64,000 nt of DNA from Macrostomum lignano (taxonomy: Eukaryota), in assembly GCA_002269645.1 (NCBI GenBank), contig NIVC01001550.1, positions 186,001 to 250,000 on the forward strand. The letters are read 5' to 3'. This document shows, one piece after another, positions 50,236 to 63,677 of the stretch. The notes below the pieces were generated by a model. That model ran no database searches and was not told where the DNA came from. It saw only the letters and a list, made by a program, of their open reading frames with translations. Made by a program: the position numbers and the translations under genes. The stretch's first letter is position 1, and every line of letters starts with the position of its first letter.

Positions 50236-53200
50236 TCAGCCCTCAAACATAAACAGCCGATCAGCGCTAAGCGGACAGTTAGCATCGGCAGCAGCAGCAG
50301 CGGCCAGAGCGTCGCCAACGCTTGCCAAGAAGCCGTCGGGTCCGCAGGCGGCGGTGAACACCCGCTCGGCTGGCAGGCCGGCCAGCGGCTCCCAGCTGGC
50401 GCAGGCGTTGGCCAGAGCCGGGCCGGACACGCGGCCGGTGAGGCCCGGCCAGTCGCTGGTGGGGTCAACTCGGGTCAGCGAGTGCCGGCAAGCCAGCCTG
50501 CCAGGGTATCGGGCGGTCAGGCGGTCCCAGTAGCTGCGCAGGATGATGTCGCTCTCGGTTCGGTTGTAGTACACCAGCAGCACTCGCCTGGTGGGTTTGG
50601 CGAAGCGTGTATCATGTACATCAGAATGTGCTCCATGACTGCCGACACAAACCCAAACCGAAAACCAAACCCAAACCCTAAGCCAAACCCTAAGCCAAAG
50701 CCAAACCTAAACCAAACCCAAACCGAAAACCAAACCCAAACCCTAAACCAAACCCTAAGCCAAAGCCAAACCCTAAGCCAAACCCAAACCCTAAACCAAA
50801 CCCTAAGCCAAACCCAAACCTAACCCAAACCCTAAGCCAAACCCAAACCCTAAGCCAAACCCAAACCTAAACCAAACCCTAAGCCAAACCCAAACCCTAA
50901 GCCAAACCCAAACCTAAACCAAACCCAAACCCTAAACCAAACCCTAAACCAAACCCAAACCCTAAACCAAACCCAAACCCTAAGCCAAACCCAAACCGAA
51001 AACCCTAAACCTAAGCCAAACCCAAACCCTAAGCCAAACCCAAACCTAAACCAAACCCTAAGCCAAACCCAAACCCTAAACCAAACCCAAACCCTAAACC
51101 AAACCCAAACCCTAAACCAAACCCTAAGCCAAACCCAAACCCTAAACCAAACTCAAACCCTAAACCAAACCCTAAACCAAACCCAAACCCTAAACCAAAC
51201 CCTAAACCAAACCCAAACCCAAACCCTAAACCAAACCTAAACCCAAACCCTAAACCAAACCCAAACCCAAACCCTAAATCAAACCCAAACCCTAACCCAA
51301 ACCCAAACCAAAACCCTAATTAAACCCTAAACCAAACCCTAAACCCTAAACCCTAAACCCTAAACCAAACCCAAACCCTAAACCAAACCCTAAGCCAAAC
51401 CCAAACTCTAAACCAAACCCTAAACCCTAAACCCTAAACCAAACCCAAACCCTAAACCAAACCCTAAGCCAAACCCAAACTCTAAACCAAACCCTAAACC
51501 CAATGCAAACCTTAGGCCAAACCAAAACCAAAATTTTCGGCAATCAAATGACCGGAAATCATGTAGGTACAGATATATTGTAACAAACCAGTACATGACC
51601 GGTACATGTTACACTGGTTGCGAAACCTCTGAGCTACAGATTCGAGTCTATGACCTTATCTAGCAAAAACTGAGAGGTTAATGGCACACTCACTTGTCAG
51701 AGTCCAGGTCTAGGAAAGCCAAGGTCAGGTTCACCATCGGGGTGACGCCTGTGCCGGCTGCGATCAGCACAAGGCAGTCATAGTGCATCACGCTGTCGAA
51801 TGAGAATTTACCGTCTGGCAAGGACACCTGGATGGTGTCACCTGGCGTGTGCGAGTTACATCGGGGGCGGCAAGTGAGACATGCTGGCCATTGCTGGGTC
51901 AGAGGGTGCGACAGACAGGGTGAGATAGACAGAGTGAGACAGACAGACAGACACACAGCGAGACAGACAGGGCGAGACAGACAGAGTGAGACAGACAGAG
52001 TGAGACAGACAGACAGACAGACGGGCGAGAGAGAGGGCGAGACAGACAGACAGGGCGAGACAGACAGACAGGGCGAGACAGACAGACAGACAGACAGACG
52101 GGCGAGAGAGAGGGTGAGACAGACAGACAGGGCGAGACAGACAGACAGACAGGGCGAGACAGACAGACAGGGCGAGAGAGACAGGGTGGGACAGACAGAC
52201 AGGGCGAGACAGACAGACAGGGCGAGACAGACAGACAGGGCGAGACAGACAGACAGGGCGAGACAGACAGACAGGGCGAGACAGACAGACAGGGCGAGAC
52301 AGACAGACAGGGCGAGACAGACAGACAGGCAGACAGAGGCGCTCACCCGGCAGCCGCCTGCGCAGCCAGTCGGTAAAGGCGCCGCCCTCGTAAAATTTGA
52401 TGACCAGCGCCAGCTCAGCGGTAGCCTTCGGTTGCCAAACCTCCTGCAGACCGTCGACCGCTTCGTCGTTGCCCATAGCAACCGGGGTGTAGGCTCGCCT
52501 GACAGCCATCTCGCCGTCGCCCTCGCCCTCAACCGGCGTGGTCTCGCAGTAGACGTGCCAGCCAATGGGAGTTCGGACAGCCGAACCGGCCGGCAGGCTC
52601 AACCTGAACAGCCGGGTGTCCGGAGTCAGCTGACTCCAACCGGACAGAGTGGCCGGAAAAAGTCGGACAGGCGGAGGGGCCGAGCCAAGCCCGTACAGCT
52701 GGTCGATGTCTACGGGGCCAATCACCGGGGCGCGCTGGTCGGAGCTCCGCTTGCCGAGCCGCAGGGTGGCGGCGGTGGAGCCGTCAATTTGGCAGCGAGC
52801 GTCGGCCAGGAGCAGGGCGGCGTGGGGCTGGCAGCAGCGGAACTCGTAGTAGCCGACCGCTGCGCCGTCCTCCGAGTCCAGCTCAGCTCGACAGTAGAGG
52901 CCGCCGCTAGTGACGATGGCGAAACTTCGACAGGGCCAGGGGAACGCGAAATTAATGATAAACTCGTCGCCTGCGTCGCGCCAGGTGAATTTCACCGATT
53001 CCGACTTTTTAGCGGCAACGGCGGAGGAGGAGGCAGAGGCGGCGGCGGCGGGTGCCGTCAGCGGACCGACGTGGCAGCGGCGCAGCATGGATTCAAAGTT
53101 CACCCAACGGTGCACGCTGTTGAATAAGTCCGTGGCGTCTTCGCCAGCTCCGAGCATCAGCTCGTCAGGGCCGCCAGGGTGGAAGTCGGCGTACTTGGAC

Positions 53201-53938
53201 ACGTTGTACACCTGCGTGGGTGGGTGCGGCAACTCGTGGTTTCATGGTTTCTCACATAAATAGTCAGCATCACTGGAGTCTGAAGGGCAGCTGAGGTTTA
53301 AAGGGTTGAGAAGGGGTAGCTGAGTGAAGCCTGAAGGGTTGGGAAGGGGTAGCTGAGTGAAGCCTGAAGGGTTGGGAAGGGGTAGCTGAGTGAAGCCTGA
53401 AGGGTTGGGAAGGGATAGCTGAGTGAAGCCTGAAGGGTTGGGAAGGGGTAGCTGAATGAAGCCTGAAGGGTTGGGAAGGGATAGCTGAGTGAAGCCTGAA
53501 GGGTTGGGAAGTGGTGAAAGGAAGCCTGATTGGTTGGGAAGGGTTTAGATACGAGCCTAAAGGATTTAAATTATTTGTTAGTTAAGGTTAACTATAAAAA
53601 CTGATCCATTCAACAAACACTCATATTTTTGTACTGCCAGTAGTCACTAATGAATTCCAATACTAAATAGCCGATGCTTAATAAAATAAAGCAGTTAGGC
53701 CTACCCTTACCTGTCCATTAAGCGCCATCCAACAGTCGCCAGGCTTATTATGCTTGGCCAGCTCCTCCGGTGACACTCCGTGCGGCCGGGTTCCATCCAG
53801 CATGTCGCGGCCTGAATTGCACAGGCGCACCCAGTCCATGAGGGAGTGGCCGGGACGGAGGGCCGTCTTATTGCGCAGGCTGCCTGTGGCGTTGCCTCGC
53901 TGCTGTTGCTGAGGTGGCGGAGGCGGTTGCAGAGACAT
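50236..53938 (-). CDS. CYB5R4: Cytochrome b5 reductase 4 (b5-CS-b5R flavohemoprotein)
   Basis: Exons 53711-53938, 52347-53211, 51694-51841 and 50236-50587. Motifs: RNKTALRPGHSLMDW, DCWMAL, FHPGG, VHRWVN, RAYTPV, IKFYEGGAFT, IAAGTGVTPM, CGPDGF and terminal FEG*. Confidence 0.93.
50645..51535. repeat. Telomere-like degenerate array (AAACCCT / AAACC / AAGCC units) in a CYB5R4 intron
   Basis: Includes CCCTAAACCCTAAACCCTAAA runs. Confidence 0.85.
51910..52338. repeat. AGAC-based 18-bp repeat AGACAGACAGACAGGGCG
   Basis: Fills the CYB5R4 intron 51842-52346. Confidence 0.93.
53300..53540. repeat. 33-bp minisatellite GGGTTGGGAAGGGGTAGCTGAGTGAAGCCTGAA
   Basis: About 7 copies, CYB5R4 intron. Confidence 0.9.
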
Positions 53939-56039
53939 TTCGCTTGAGTTGGCAGCAGTTGCGACGGCTGGTGGCGCCCCAGCTGAGTGGCTGTGCCGAG
54001 GCAACGATGCAGAAGAGGCTGAGGAGGTTGTGCAACCCACGATGAGGCGCGCCGAATGACTGAGTTGAGATCGATAGCAGCTGGTTCGGCTTAATTCAGA
54101 TCTAAGACTGACATGCATGTAGAAGTGTTAAACAAAAGTACATTTTAATTGTAAATAGACAATCATTTACCATTGATATGATGGTTTCCAAGACATTAGT
54201 GTCATTTTCTAGGAACCTACTTGGCTTTTATTAGATTAGGAAGTTATTATGCCAATTTTGTATGGGATGGAACATATAGGGATTAGAAATTAGCAAATAA
54301 AAAGCATCATTAAAAGGTTGTCAAAGGTAAAGCGAAAGCTAAAAGACTGGAAACAGAACTTAGAGATAAGACAGCTAAGTAAAAGAAATTAAAAGAACAG
54401 CTAGAAACTAGAAAGTGAAATAAATTAAAGATATGATTAAAAGTTAACTGTCACCTTTCCCCAAGATTTCAGACCAAGCAAGATGACATGAACATCAGCC
54501 GAGGTACCAGGCAGAGTCAGTTGGCGCGGTGCCAGGAGAAACGATATGGCAAGATACCCCAACTGGTGGGCAAGATAGAGCAATGGTCAACAGGCAAGGT
54601 CAGCAGGTACGTATGTGGATCTGCAAAAGCATGACTCACCGAGGGACGCATGGGTGGTCTGACGTGTGAACAATTTGAATACTGAACCCTAGACTGACCT
54701 TTAACCATTGCCTGAAGTAACCAACTAACAGATATCAAATTATCTCTCTCTCCCCATAGCAATGCGCTAATCTAATGTTGCTGCATCTGTTCTGGCACCC
54801 CGCTGTTACTAATCAGTGGCGGGGGATGATGTGTATCAAAAGATTATAAAATAGACACGGCCTCGGCCCTGAAATAGGCAACTCTCACTGAGACTTTAAT
54901 TCTATAGCCTGGACTCCAGTGTAGCTCACCAATAAATCTAAAGACTCATATTTGTTATTTGTGCTACAGGCACAAGTCATAAGCAGCCAAGTAGCGATAT
55001 CCTTTGTAAGCTCTTTTAGGCTTCGAGGATAGTAGAAGCAATAGAACAAAACCGCTAGGCAACCAAGAAAGAAAGAAGTAGATCCGGAGACCTAAGAGGA
55101 AGTCTTACAGAATAGGTCTTTATTCAGGAGCCATCATCATGAATTTCAAGGGATAAGGACAGATTGAAACAAATATATTGAACATAAACTGCCTAACATT
55201 GGATCAAAAAAGTTTTTATCTAATGTAGTAATAATAAATGTCAATGCAGATTTGAAAAATTTATTAAAATTTTATTTCTTTTGATAATAACTAGGCCTAA
55301 GAAATATTCTAAGGCTAAAATAAGACAAATTGATAATGCATAAATTAAAAAAATATTATAACATTAGTATTTAAGCTTAAGCTAATGGCAAAATCTTTAT
55401 GGTTGGCCATTTAGTAGGGATTGACTGTGGTCACAGTCACAATCGCAAAAACTGTGATCATAGAAAAATTCATGCAGTCTTTTGCCAATCACAATTTGTG
55501 AATTTCATGAATTAAACCTTACTTTTTTAAGTCATATCACAACATACTGACATATATAAGATTGTGAAGGAAGACTACCCCCACCCTAGCCTGGTTGTGC
55601 CACTGAGGCCTGTTACAGGAAAGTTTTGGTTAGCCCTCAGGTCTAGGCTGCAGTGGAATTGTAAATATAGAGATTAAGACTTTAAGAGATTATAGAGATA
55701 GTCCACTTTTGCTTTCCCATATTGTCAAGGCTGGCCATAACATAAATAAATATTTTCTTCTATTTAGGGTCAAGGGTTTCATATTTTAAGATATGAAAGC
55801 GATTCATTGGGGCGAATCCAAAAAAATTAGAGGGGGGTGGAGGGGGGCAAGGCATACTGAAGTAAACAAACTACAACCCAATAAAAACAATTAAAAAAGT
55901 ATGGCTCGATTTTTGCTACGGCTGAGGGGGGCAATCTGCTTTAAAAAATTGATAAAAGTATTCTTTTAGTCTTCCTTGGATTTCATTTAAGAAATCCATT
56001 AAAAATTATCTCAATTTGGTTGATTTATGGTTTAAATGT

Positions 56040-56400
56040 ACCAACCAAGGACGACTTAAGTAGAAGGACGGGAAACCTCGTTTCTTAGAAATTTTTTGAA
56101 GGCAGGTTTTTCCAAAAAAACATTACGGAGATAAAAGTTTTTCCGTAAATTCATAAATTCATTTTCAGCACAAAAATTGTTATTGCTTTTGATTGGAGGC
56201 AGATCCAAAGTTCATCTTTTCATATGTTGTGCCTTTCTTATTGCTCTATCGATATTCATAAAGCTTTTCGTTCATAAAATTAGGATTCTATGTTAATTTT
56301 TTATTCTACGTACATTTCCTGTACCTAACAATCATAAAAAATGCATGGCACAGTTCCAATCTTTCGTTTTATGAATCTATTTTATCATCTCTGTTAAAAA
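56040..56400 (-). mobile_element. Dispersed AT-rich repeat, copy B
   Basis: Inverted, diverged homolog of 16915-17262. Confidence 0.6.
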
Positions 56401-57523
56401 TCGTACGCGTCCTGTGTCTAATAATCATGACCAATTCATTCATCATTCATTTCATTGATATTTTTTACTGCAATTGTAACACAGCATAACAAAAATTAAG
56501 AAAACATCATACAGGTTTCAAACATCGTTTGTTCTTCTTTCTACGTTTTCTGTCTTCTTCTTTACGTCTTCCTTCTACGTCTACCGCGTGCGTCTGTCTT
56601 ACTTAGAAAACGGAAAGTATGCATAATTGATATATATTGCATACCGTATAGTATATTTTGGTCTGGGAAAAAGTGTATTGATTTTAGAAACTATGTAATA
56701 CATCCAGGTGGCAGCTGCACACAACTTATGCAAAACAAAAACTAGCCAAAGTGCAGCTATACATGTACAATTGTATCAAGGCAAGCACTAGCTTTACAAC
56801 TGCTGGTCTTTCGCAATTTCGCAAATTCGTTACAGGTGCTGGATAAATACAATCTTCGTATAAATTTACATACAGTACATGCATGATCCCTGTGCCCATG
56901 TATTTGCATTTATTTGCTATCTACTGATGGAAGCCACCCGCCATTTTGGCTCATTTTAATTGCTATTGCTTATTTTGTAAGTAAATTTTTGCAATAAGAT
57001 TGATTCCCAAAAACTTTTCCCACAGTACCATGATTCCTTTATGAATACTTGAATATCAGATTTACTACTTTAGAAGCTTTTTTATTTCACGCGGACACAA
57101 AAATGGAAGCACACAGAAATGCTGTGCCAGGAAACTGCTAGAAAATGATATGTTATTGCAAAAACGACGAAATTGGCGTAAAGAAAGTAACAATTTAAAT
57201 AAAGGAACAAAAATGCTACCAAAACAGTAGTAGTTTATAACAAAAAAGCCAACCAAAAAGATCTGCAATCTGAACGAAACTAAGAATTAAACTGTTTTTA
57301 ACCAAAGGATGTCGAAGATAAACTTCTCGGCCATTCTTCTCTGACTCTACTGCGAAATGAATCAAGAAGCCAATCAAACACAAAATGTAAACAAAACGAA
57401 AAAAAATGTTTGAAAACGAACTTCATGCACTACCAAAAAGTTGTTGCTGCGAAAACAAAAAGTGTGTTAGGCTGGAGCACGCGGGACAAACTGCTGTCAG
57501 CTGGTAGACTGGGCTGGGAGACT

Positions 57524-60500
57524 TCAGCCCTCGTAGGACAGTCGCGGCTGCTTGACAGACGAAGTAGGTCCTGCCTCGTCGGCGTTGTCGGCATGGCGGC
57601 GCTTACAGCCTGCTGGCCTAGCAGAAGGGGGTACGACTGCATTCGGCTTCTGAGTCTGCAGCTTGCTGGCCGTGGCGATGGCTGTCGACTGCGAGGCTGT
57701 GGAGGCGGCGGCGTTGTCGGCAACAACGGTAGCGACGTCTTTGTCCGGATCGATCAGGCGCAGCTGGAAGTCGGCAAATAGACGACGGGAATAGCTGAGC
57801 GTGTCGATGGCAAACTGGCGTACGGCGCCGGTTGGTGGCCGGTCGCGGCTGGGGGCAGGTCGAAGGCCGCCGGGTCGGACGCAGCAGGACGGGTAGGTCA
57901 TGGGCTCGGCAGAGAGCATCCTGAACAGCACTTGAACGTAGAATATGTCCGATTCGCTGCTGGGCAGCTTGTAGCCGTACTGGTTGGTGTGGGGGGGAGG
58001 CAGGTGATGATCTTCATAAATTAATATGGGTTGAATACATGTACATGTATGAGTAGGTAATGAGTGATGACCAACTCAATGATTCTGGATTTGAGTTAAG
58101 TGATGACCAACTCAATGACTCTGGATTTGAGTTAAGTGATGACCAACTCAATGACTCTGGATTTGAGTTAAGTGATGACCAACTCAATGACTCTGGATTT
58201 GAGTTAAGTGATGACCAACTCAATGACTCTGGATTTGAGTGAGTGATGACCAACTCAATGATTCTGGATTTGAGTGGGTGATGACCAACTCAATGACTCT
58301 GGATTTGAGTGGGTGATGACCAACTCAATGATTCTGGATTTGAGTGAGTGATGACCAACTCAATGATTCTGGATTTGAGTGGGTGATGACCAACTCAATG
58401 ACTCTGGATATGAGTGGGTGATGACCAACTCAATGATTCTGGATTTGAGTGAGTGATGACCAACTCAATGATTCTGGATTTGAGTGGGTGATGACCAACT
58501 CAATGACTCTGGATTTGAGTGGGTGATGACCAACTCAATGACTCTGGATTTGAGTGGGTGATGACCAACTCAATGATTCTGGATTTGAGTGAGTGATGAC
58601 CAACTCAATGACTCTGGATATGAGTGAGTGATGACCAACTCAATGACTCTGGATTTGAGTGGGTGATGACCAACTCAATGACTCTGGATTTGAGTTGAGT
58701 GATGACCAACTCAATGACTCTGGATTTGAGTGAGTGATGACCAACTCAATGACTCTGGATTTGAGTGGGTGATGACAAACTTTCACCGCAAAAGTCTCAC
58801 CAGATTAAGCCAGTAGATCTTAAGTTCTTCGTACGAATTAAATGGCGAGTCGATTGGTAGGTCCTTGCGGATTTCGACTACTTCACCCTTCTTCATTCTG
58901 AAAATGGTTTAGCGTTGCAACGTTGGGTTCTGGGCTTTTGAATGAATGAATGAGAGGCTTAGAAAAGTATAAAAGACAGCAAATAACTAACGAAGGCAGA
59001 ACGTAAACCCATCTGTTGGGAATAAAGTCCTCAGTGATGAAGCTGCCGTCTGTGCGCAAAAAACTTGTGGACACCTCTGCAGGCACGCCGAGGCCATCCA
59101 GCTATAACAGAAGGAAAGTAAAATTTCAGATTATCTGTGATCAGCCACAGTGGTCTTTAGGTTCCAATAATTTACTTACAGAAAATAGCGGAAGAATGGA
59201 GCTCACAGGCTTCAGTGTCATATCCAGACTACTGTTAGTAGCGCAGAAATTTACCTCTAAAGAATATTAATAAAATAACTACATGTAGTTGTGAAATTAT
59301 TCTTGTAGCCAAATAAAGTACTTGTGATGGACATGTTGGACAACTTACTGACACTCAGAATTGATGAATTGTTCCTTGAGTCCAGGAAGTCTTGACCTGA
59401 AAATTATAAATAATTTTTTACTTGTCACATCAATTACTAATATTATTGATAGTAAAGATTATTATTGTACTTTTAAATGTATTACGAGTATCTAGCACTA
59501 GCAGTAAATGTCAGTGCTTTATATAAACTTGCCCTGAATCAGCAGGTCAGCACATGGAGCCCAGTTTTTGCTCAACCTGGTTTGGATTGTAAACTTCAGG
59601 GCCCTCTCCAGATCACCAGAGCAAGTTTTTCCTGTGACTAAAATCTGAAAAATATCACATCATTTAAATACTGATTAGGCGCTAACTACTGGCTGTTCAA
59701 TGAAACAATTAGAATATACTTACAGTCAACTTCAGTCTGGTGATTCGACTAGTTATTTCCTTCTGCTTCATGTAATCGGACTAAAATATAAATGTGTATA
59801 ATTTATTTAAAATTACTTCAAGTTGTGCACATGATACACCAGGCCTATTTTTAAGGCAGCACTGAAATCAGTTAAATAGTATAACATAATTTATGAAGTG
59901 AGACAGACCATTTTAGCCAGTTAGTTATAGAAGGAATAAAGCTAAAGTAGTTTTAACAACTGTTATATTTATAAATTATGGATAGATAATTAAGTATGGG
60001 CATATACTGGCATACCATAAATACATGTATATATTATTATAAGTTATATATAATGTAAATTGAAATAGGAAAATTGATCATAGTGTAATGTCAGCTTCGA
60101 CAGGCTTAAACCTAATATTTTTATTTCATGCAATTTTGATTGTATAGATATAATATGCTGTATGGTTTATCTAAATTTCATAGCTAGTGTAAAATTAAAG
60201 AAAAAATTACCAGTGGACAAGTTACAATTTAAGTTGCTAAATAAATTTTTATAATACATGCTGGAAATTTTAATGCAGTTATATTTTTAGGCATCAAAGC
60301 ATTAAGCCGAAACAATAGCACATCCACAGGTATAAATTAAACAGTGAAATATAACAGACAGAAGCATTACCTTGCCAATAATCACCAAGTGAGTGCAGCT
60401 AGGGTCTGTGCTAGGTGCAACAAGAATGTGTTCGTTCGTTAGGATTAGTTTCCTACAATAATGAGGAGATTGCATTGATGGTTTAAAAATAATTTTAGGA

Positions 60501-60647
60501 TAATTTTGGCACACTAGTTCAAATTGTGAAAAAGTTTGATTTGACATGTCAAAACAGTACGAGTATAAAGCACACATTCTATAAAAAAAATCAGGAAAAA
60601 ATAAATACTTGCCTAGCAATGAACACGTGAGGTAGATTAAACACCAT
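57524..60647 (-). CDS. C18orf63 / DUF4708 family homolog
   Basis: Exons 60613-60647 (tentative), 60371-60578, 59724-59780, 59533-59645, ~59348-59396, 59180-59256, 58992-59101, 58801-58897 and 57524-57979. They give LKFTIQTRLSKNW...LLIQGQDFL, WVYVLPSMKKGEVV and KDLPIDSPFNSYEELKIYWLNLYGYKLP, which resemble remembered C18orf63 blocks. Confidence 0.75.
58058..58778. repeat. 33-bp minisatellite GTGATGACCAACTCAATGACTCTGGATTTGAGT
   Basis: About 22 copies, last intron of the C18orf63-like gene. Confidence 0.95.
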
Positions 60648-62101
60648 CTGGCTGCCTCCCCTGGTCATAGGGTCTTGTCGATCAGCTTTCACTAGAATCG
60701 AAACTAAATCATCAGTACAGATAGGTTCGAAATTAAAATGAAACGACATTTTGCAGACAACCAATCAATTGCGAAATAAATTCTTTTTCCTTAATGAAGC
60801 AATATTCACCGTTAATCTACAATACGTTCCAGCACTAGCGCAAAAGACAACAAGCCTAGTTGTGTTTGGCTGTTGAACGCGGTGCGCGACCGACGCGCGC
60901 GTGCACACTTTGAAAATAATTTTTAAATTTTATCGCTGGAATAAAGGTTTAACACAACAGCACTGTTGCCAATTTTCTGTGTAAAAACTAAAATTTATGA
61001 TAAGTAAATTGTAGAGGCAAATAGTTTTTATCGAAATGGTTGGCAAGTTTTCATAAGAGAAATTTATATATTAAGTTGTGTACATATTTAATTTCAATTT
61101 CACTAAAGCGTCAATTTCAAACAAGGCCTTTTTTTATACAGCAGTAACTCACTCAATTGAGCCAGTTGGTTCATTGAAGCCCTTTAGGCTTTAGTTATCT
61201 GGTCATATAATATAGAATTATTTATGTGAATCTTTCCTTTGAATAAATTTGCGTCATTTGGTATAAAGTTTTAATAAATATTGAATTTATTGAAATAATA
61301 AAATATGCGCCGCTCTGACAGACACGGCGGCCGTGTTGTGTCTATAATGCAAAAACTTAAGACACGGTGGCCGTGTCTCTAATAGTAACTAGGTCTATAC
61401 TTATCTAGTTACTGTCTGTAACATAGCTACATCACATGTAGAATGCATTTCACTTCCACTGGAGATACAGCGGCCGTGTCAATGAAGCCTGCATATAGTA
61501 TCGTAATATAATATTGAATGATTTCGCACTTAAAAACACTGCGGTCATCTCTTTAATGCAAAAAATTAGACCAGCCACATGGTACATGCATGCCTGAACA
61601 TTATAAACATAACATGGCAGCTGTGCCTATAAGCTTCTGGGAGAATTTGTACAGTATTTGAGCACTATTACATTATTATAATAAATACATAATGTTGCAT
61701 TTTCTTTTCATTTTTGTTGGAAAAGAGACAATCAGCTTGAAAATTTTTATGTTAATTTTGCTCCAATGTTGATATTATGCCTCTTGGTATTGCTTTGTTG
61801 AGTAGTCTATATAGCAAGATTATAAAAAATACTGTTTTTGGTTAGGCCTATAGCAATTCATTGGCTAAATTATTAGCTAACCTCAAAAGCTTATACTTTT
61901 TCTCCAAAGATGCTTTCAGGTATATTATCTGTATATAAAATGAAATTATTTTTTCTATTGAAGTAGGGCCTATTAAAATAAAGTAGACTAGAGCTAAAAT
62001 AAAACTGCATTGCTATTCATCTATAGTGTGACACTAATGTCTTTTAGCAATATCAATGTGGATTAACAAATATAAAGTATTCTCAAATTCATGCCATTCC
62101 A

Positions 62102-62667
62102 ATGGATTTGCCTCACCGATTCGAGCCAGTCCTGTCAGCCTGCCATCACCTGCCAGTGGCAAGATTTGCTCAGCTCTGTAGCACTGCCTGCCGCATCTGC
62201 TTGCCATCTGCAGCCAATGCAGGAGGCAGCGCGCCGCAGTTGCCAGCCGACCCAGCTGAGAAGGAGGCGACCGCGGTGCTGGCCGGCGCCATGGCCGAGT
62301 CGCTGAGCCGCGGCCTGCCGATGTCCGCCCTGCTAGCTGCGCTGGAGGAGCGCGGCCTTTCTGGCGAGCACCTGGCCGCCTTCGCCAGCGTGGCAGCCGA
62401 ATTCGCTGATGCCGGAGCGTCGCGCCAGAGTCCCGGCCAGCTGCCGCATGTTGTTGGCGTCGACTGGCGCCTCGACTACCTGCTTGGCCGGAACAGCAAC
62501 TGCAGCAGCAGCAGCCGCATCTTGAGTACCACCTGGACATTCTCACCGACTGTCCGGCCAAGCCTCGCCTTCGCTGCAGCCGGCACCAGCTGCAGGACCT
62601 GCTGGCTCAGCTGCGCGAAGCCCTGGCAGCGGTGGAATCTGTGGCCTCCACTGCTGACAGCTCATGA
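62102..62667 (+). CDS. COMMD3: COMM domain protein 3-like (apparent 1-nt deletion near 62486-62493)
   Basis: LPHVVGVDWRLDY is in the annotated ORF. The COMM C-terminus EYHLDIL...LRCSRHQLQDLLAQLREALAAVE* lies in the shifted frame (TGA 62665-62667), matching COMMD3 FSCSMEQLQDLVGKLKDA. Confidence 0.75.
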
Positions 62668-62984
62668 ATTTTTCTGTTGGCTAAAATTGGTGAATCTGGA
62701 CACTGATTGAATTGTAATGCATTTGCAGACAATTTTTGTTATTCTGCATTACTTGTGTAGCGCATCTACAGCTACTTCGAATAGTAACAGCTGCGGGCCC
62801 AATTTTATAATTATATATTACAACGGTTTAAATATGAATTTTAGTTTGCCGTTAGGAAATTAAAATGCTTTCTTTACTACTTGTTGCTTAGGTTATTACA
62901 GTAATCAACTGCAACTGTTCTTGCCATTTAGAGTTTTCGTTTTTTAAAGAATGAAGTATTTTATCGCGATTGAGCTCAAAGAGG

Positions 62985-63677
62985 ACAGTGAACATGAAGA
63001 GAAGACAGTGAACATGAAGTGAGGACAGCTAGTGAACATGAAGAGAGGACAGTGAACATGAAGAGAGGACAGTGAACATGAAGAGAGGACAATGAAAATG
63101 AAGAGAGGGCAGTGAACATGAAGTGAGGACTGCTAGTGAACATGAAGAGAGGGCAGTGAACATGAAGAGAGGACAGTGAACATGAAGTGAGGACAATGAA
63201 CATGAAGAGAGGGCAGTGAACATGAAGTGAGGACAGTGAACATGAAGAGAGGACAGTGAACATGAAGAGAGGACAGTGAACATGAAGAGAGGGCAGTGAA
63301 CATGAAGAGAGGGCAGTGAACATGAAGACAGGACAGTGAACATGAAGAGAGGACGTGAACATGAAGAGAGGACAGTGAACATGAAGAGAGGACAGTGAAC
63401 ATGAAGAGAGGACAGTGAACATGAAGAGAGGGCAGTGAACATGAAGAGAGGACAGTGAACATGAAGAGAGGACAGTGACCATGAAGAGACGACAGTGAAC
63501 ATGAAGTGAGGACAGTGAACATGAAGAGAGGGCAGTGAACATGAAGAGAGGACAATGAACATGAAGAGAGGACAGTGACCATGAAGAGACGACAGTGAAC
63601 ATGAAGTGAGGACAGTGAACATGAAGAGAGGACGTGAACATGAAGAGAGGACAATGAACATGAAGAGAGGACAGTGC
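62985..63677. repeat. 20-bp minisatellite GTGAACATGAAGAGAGGACA
   Basis: About 34 copies. Confidence 0.95.

Noticed and set aside
58058-58778. RTGATGA box-C motif in each 33-bp unit (snoRNA cluster?)
   Set aside because: No box D (CTGA) or terminal stem; units are contiguous and identical.
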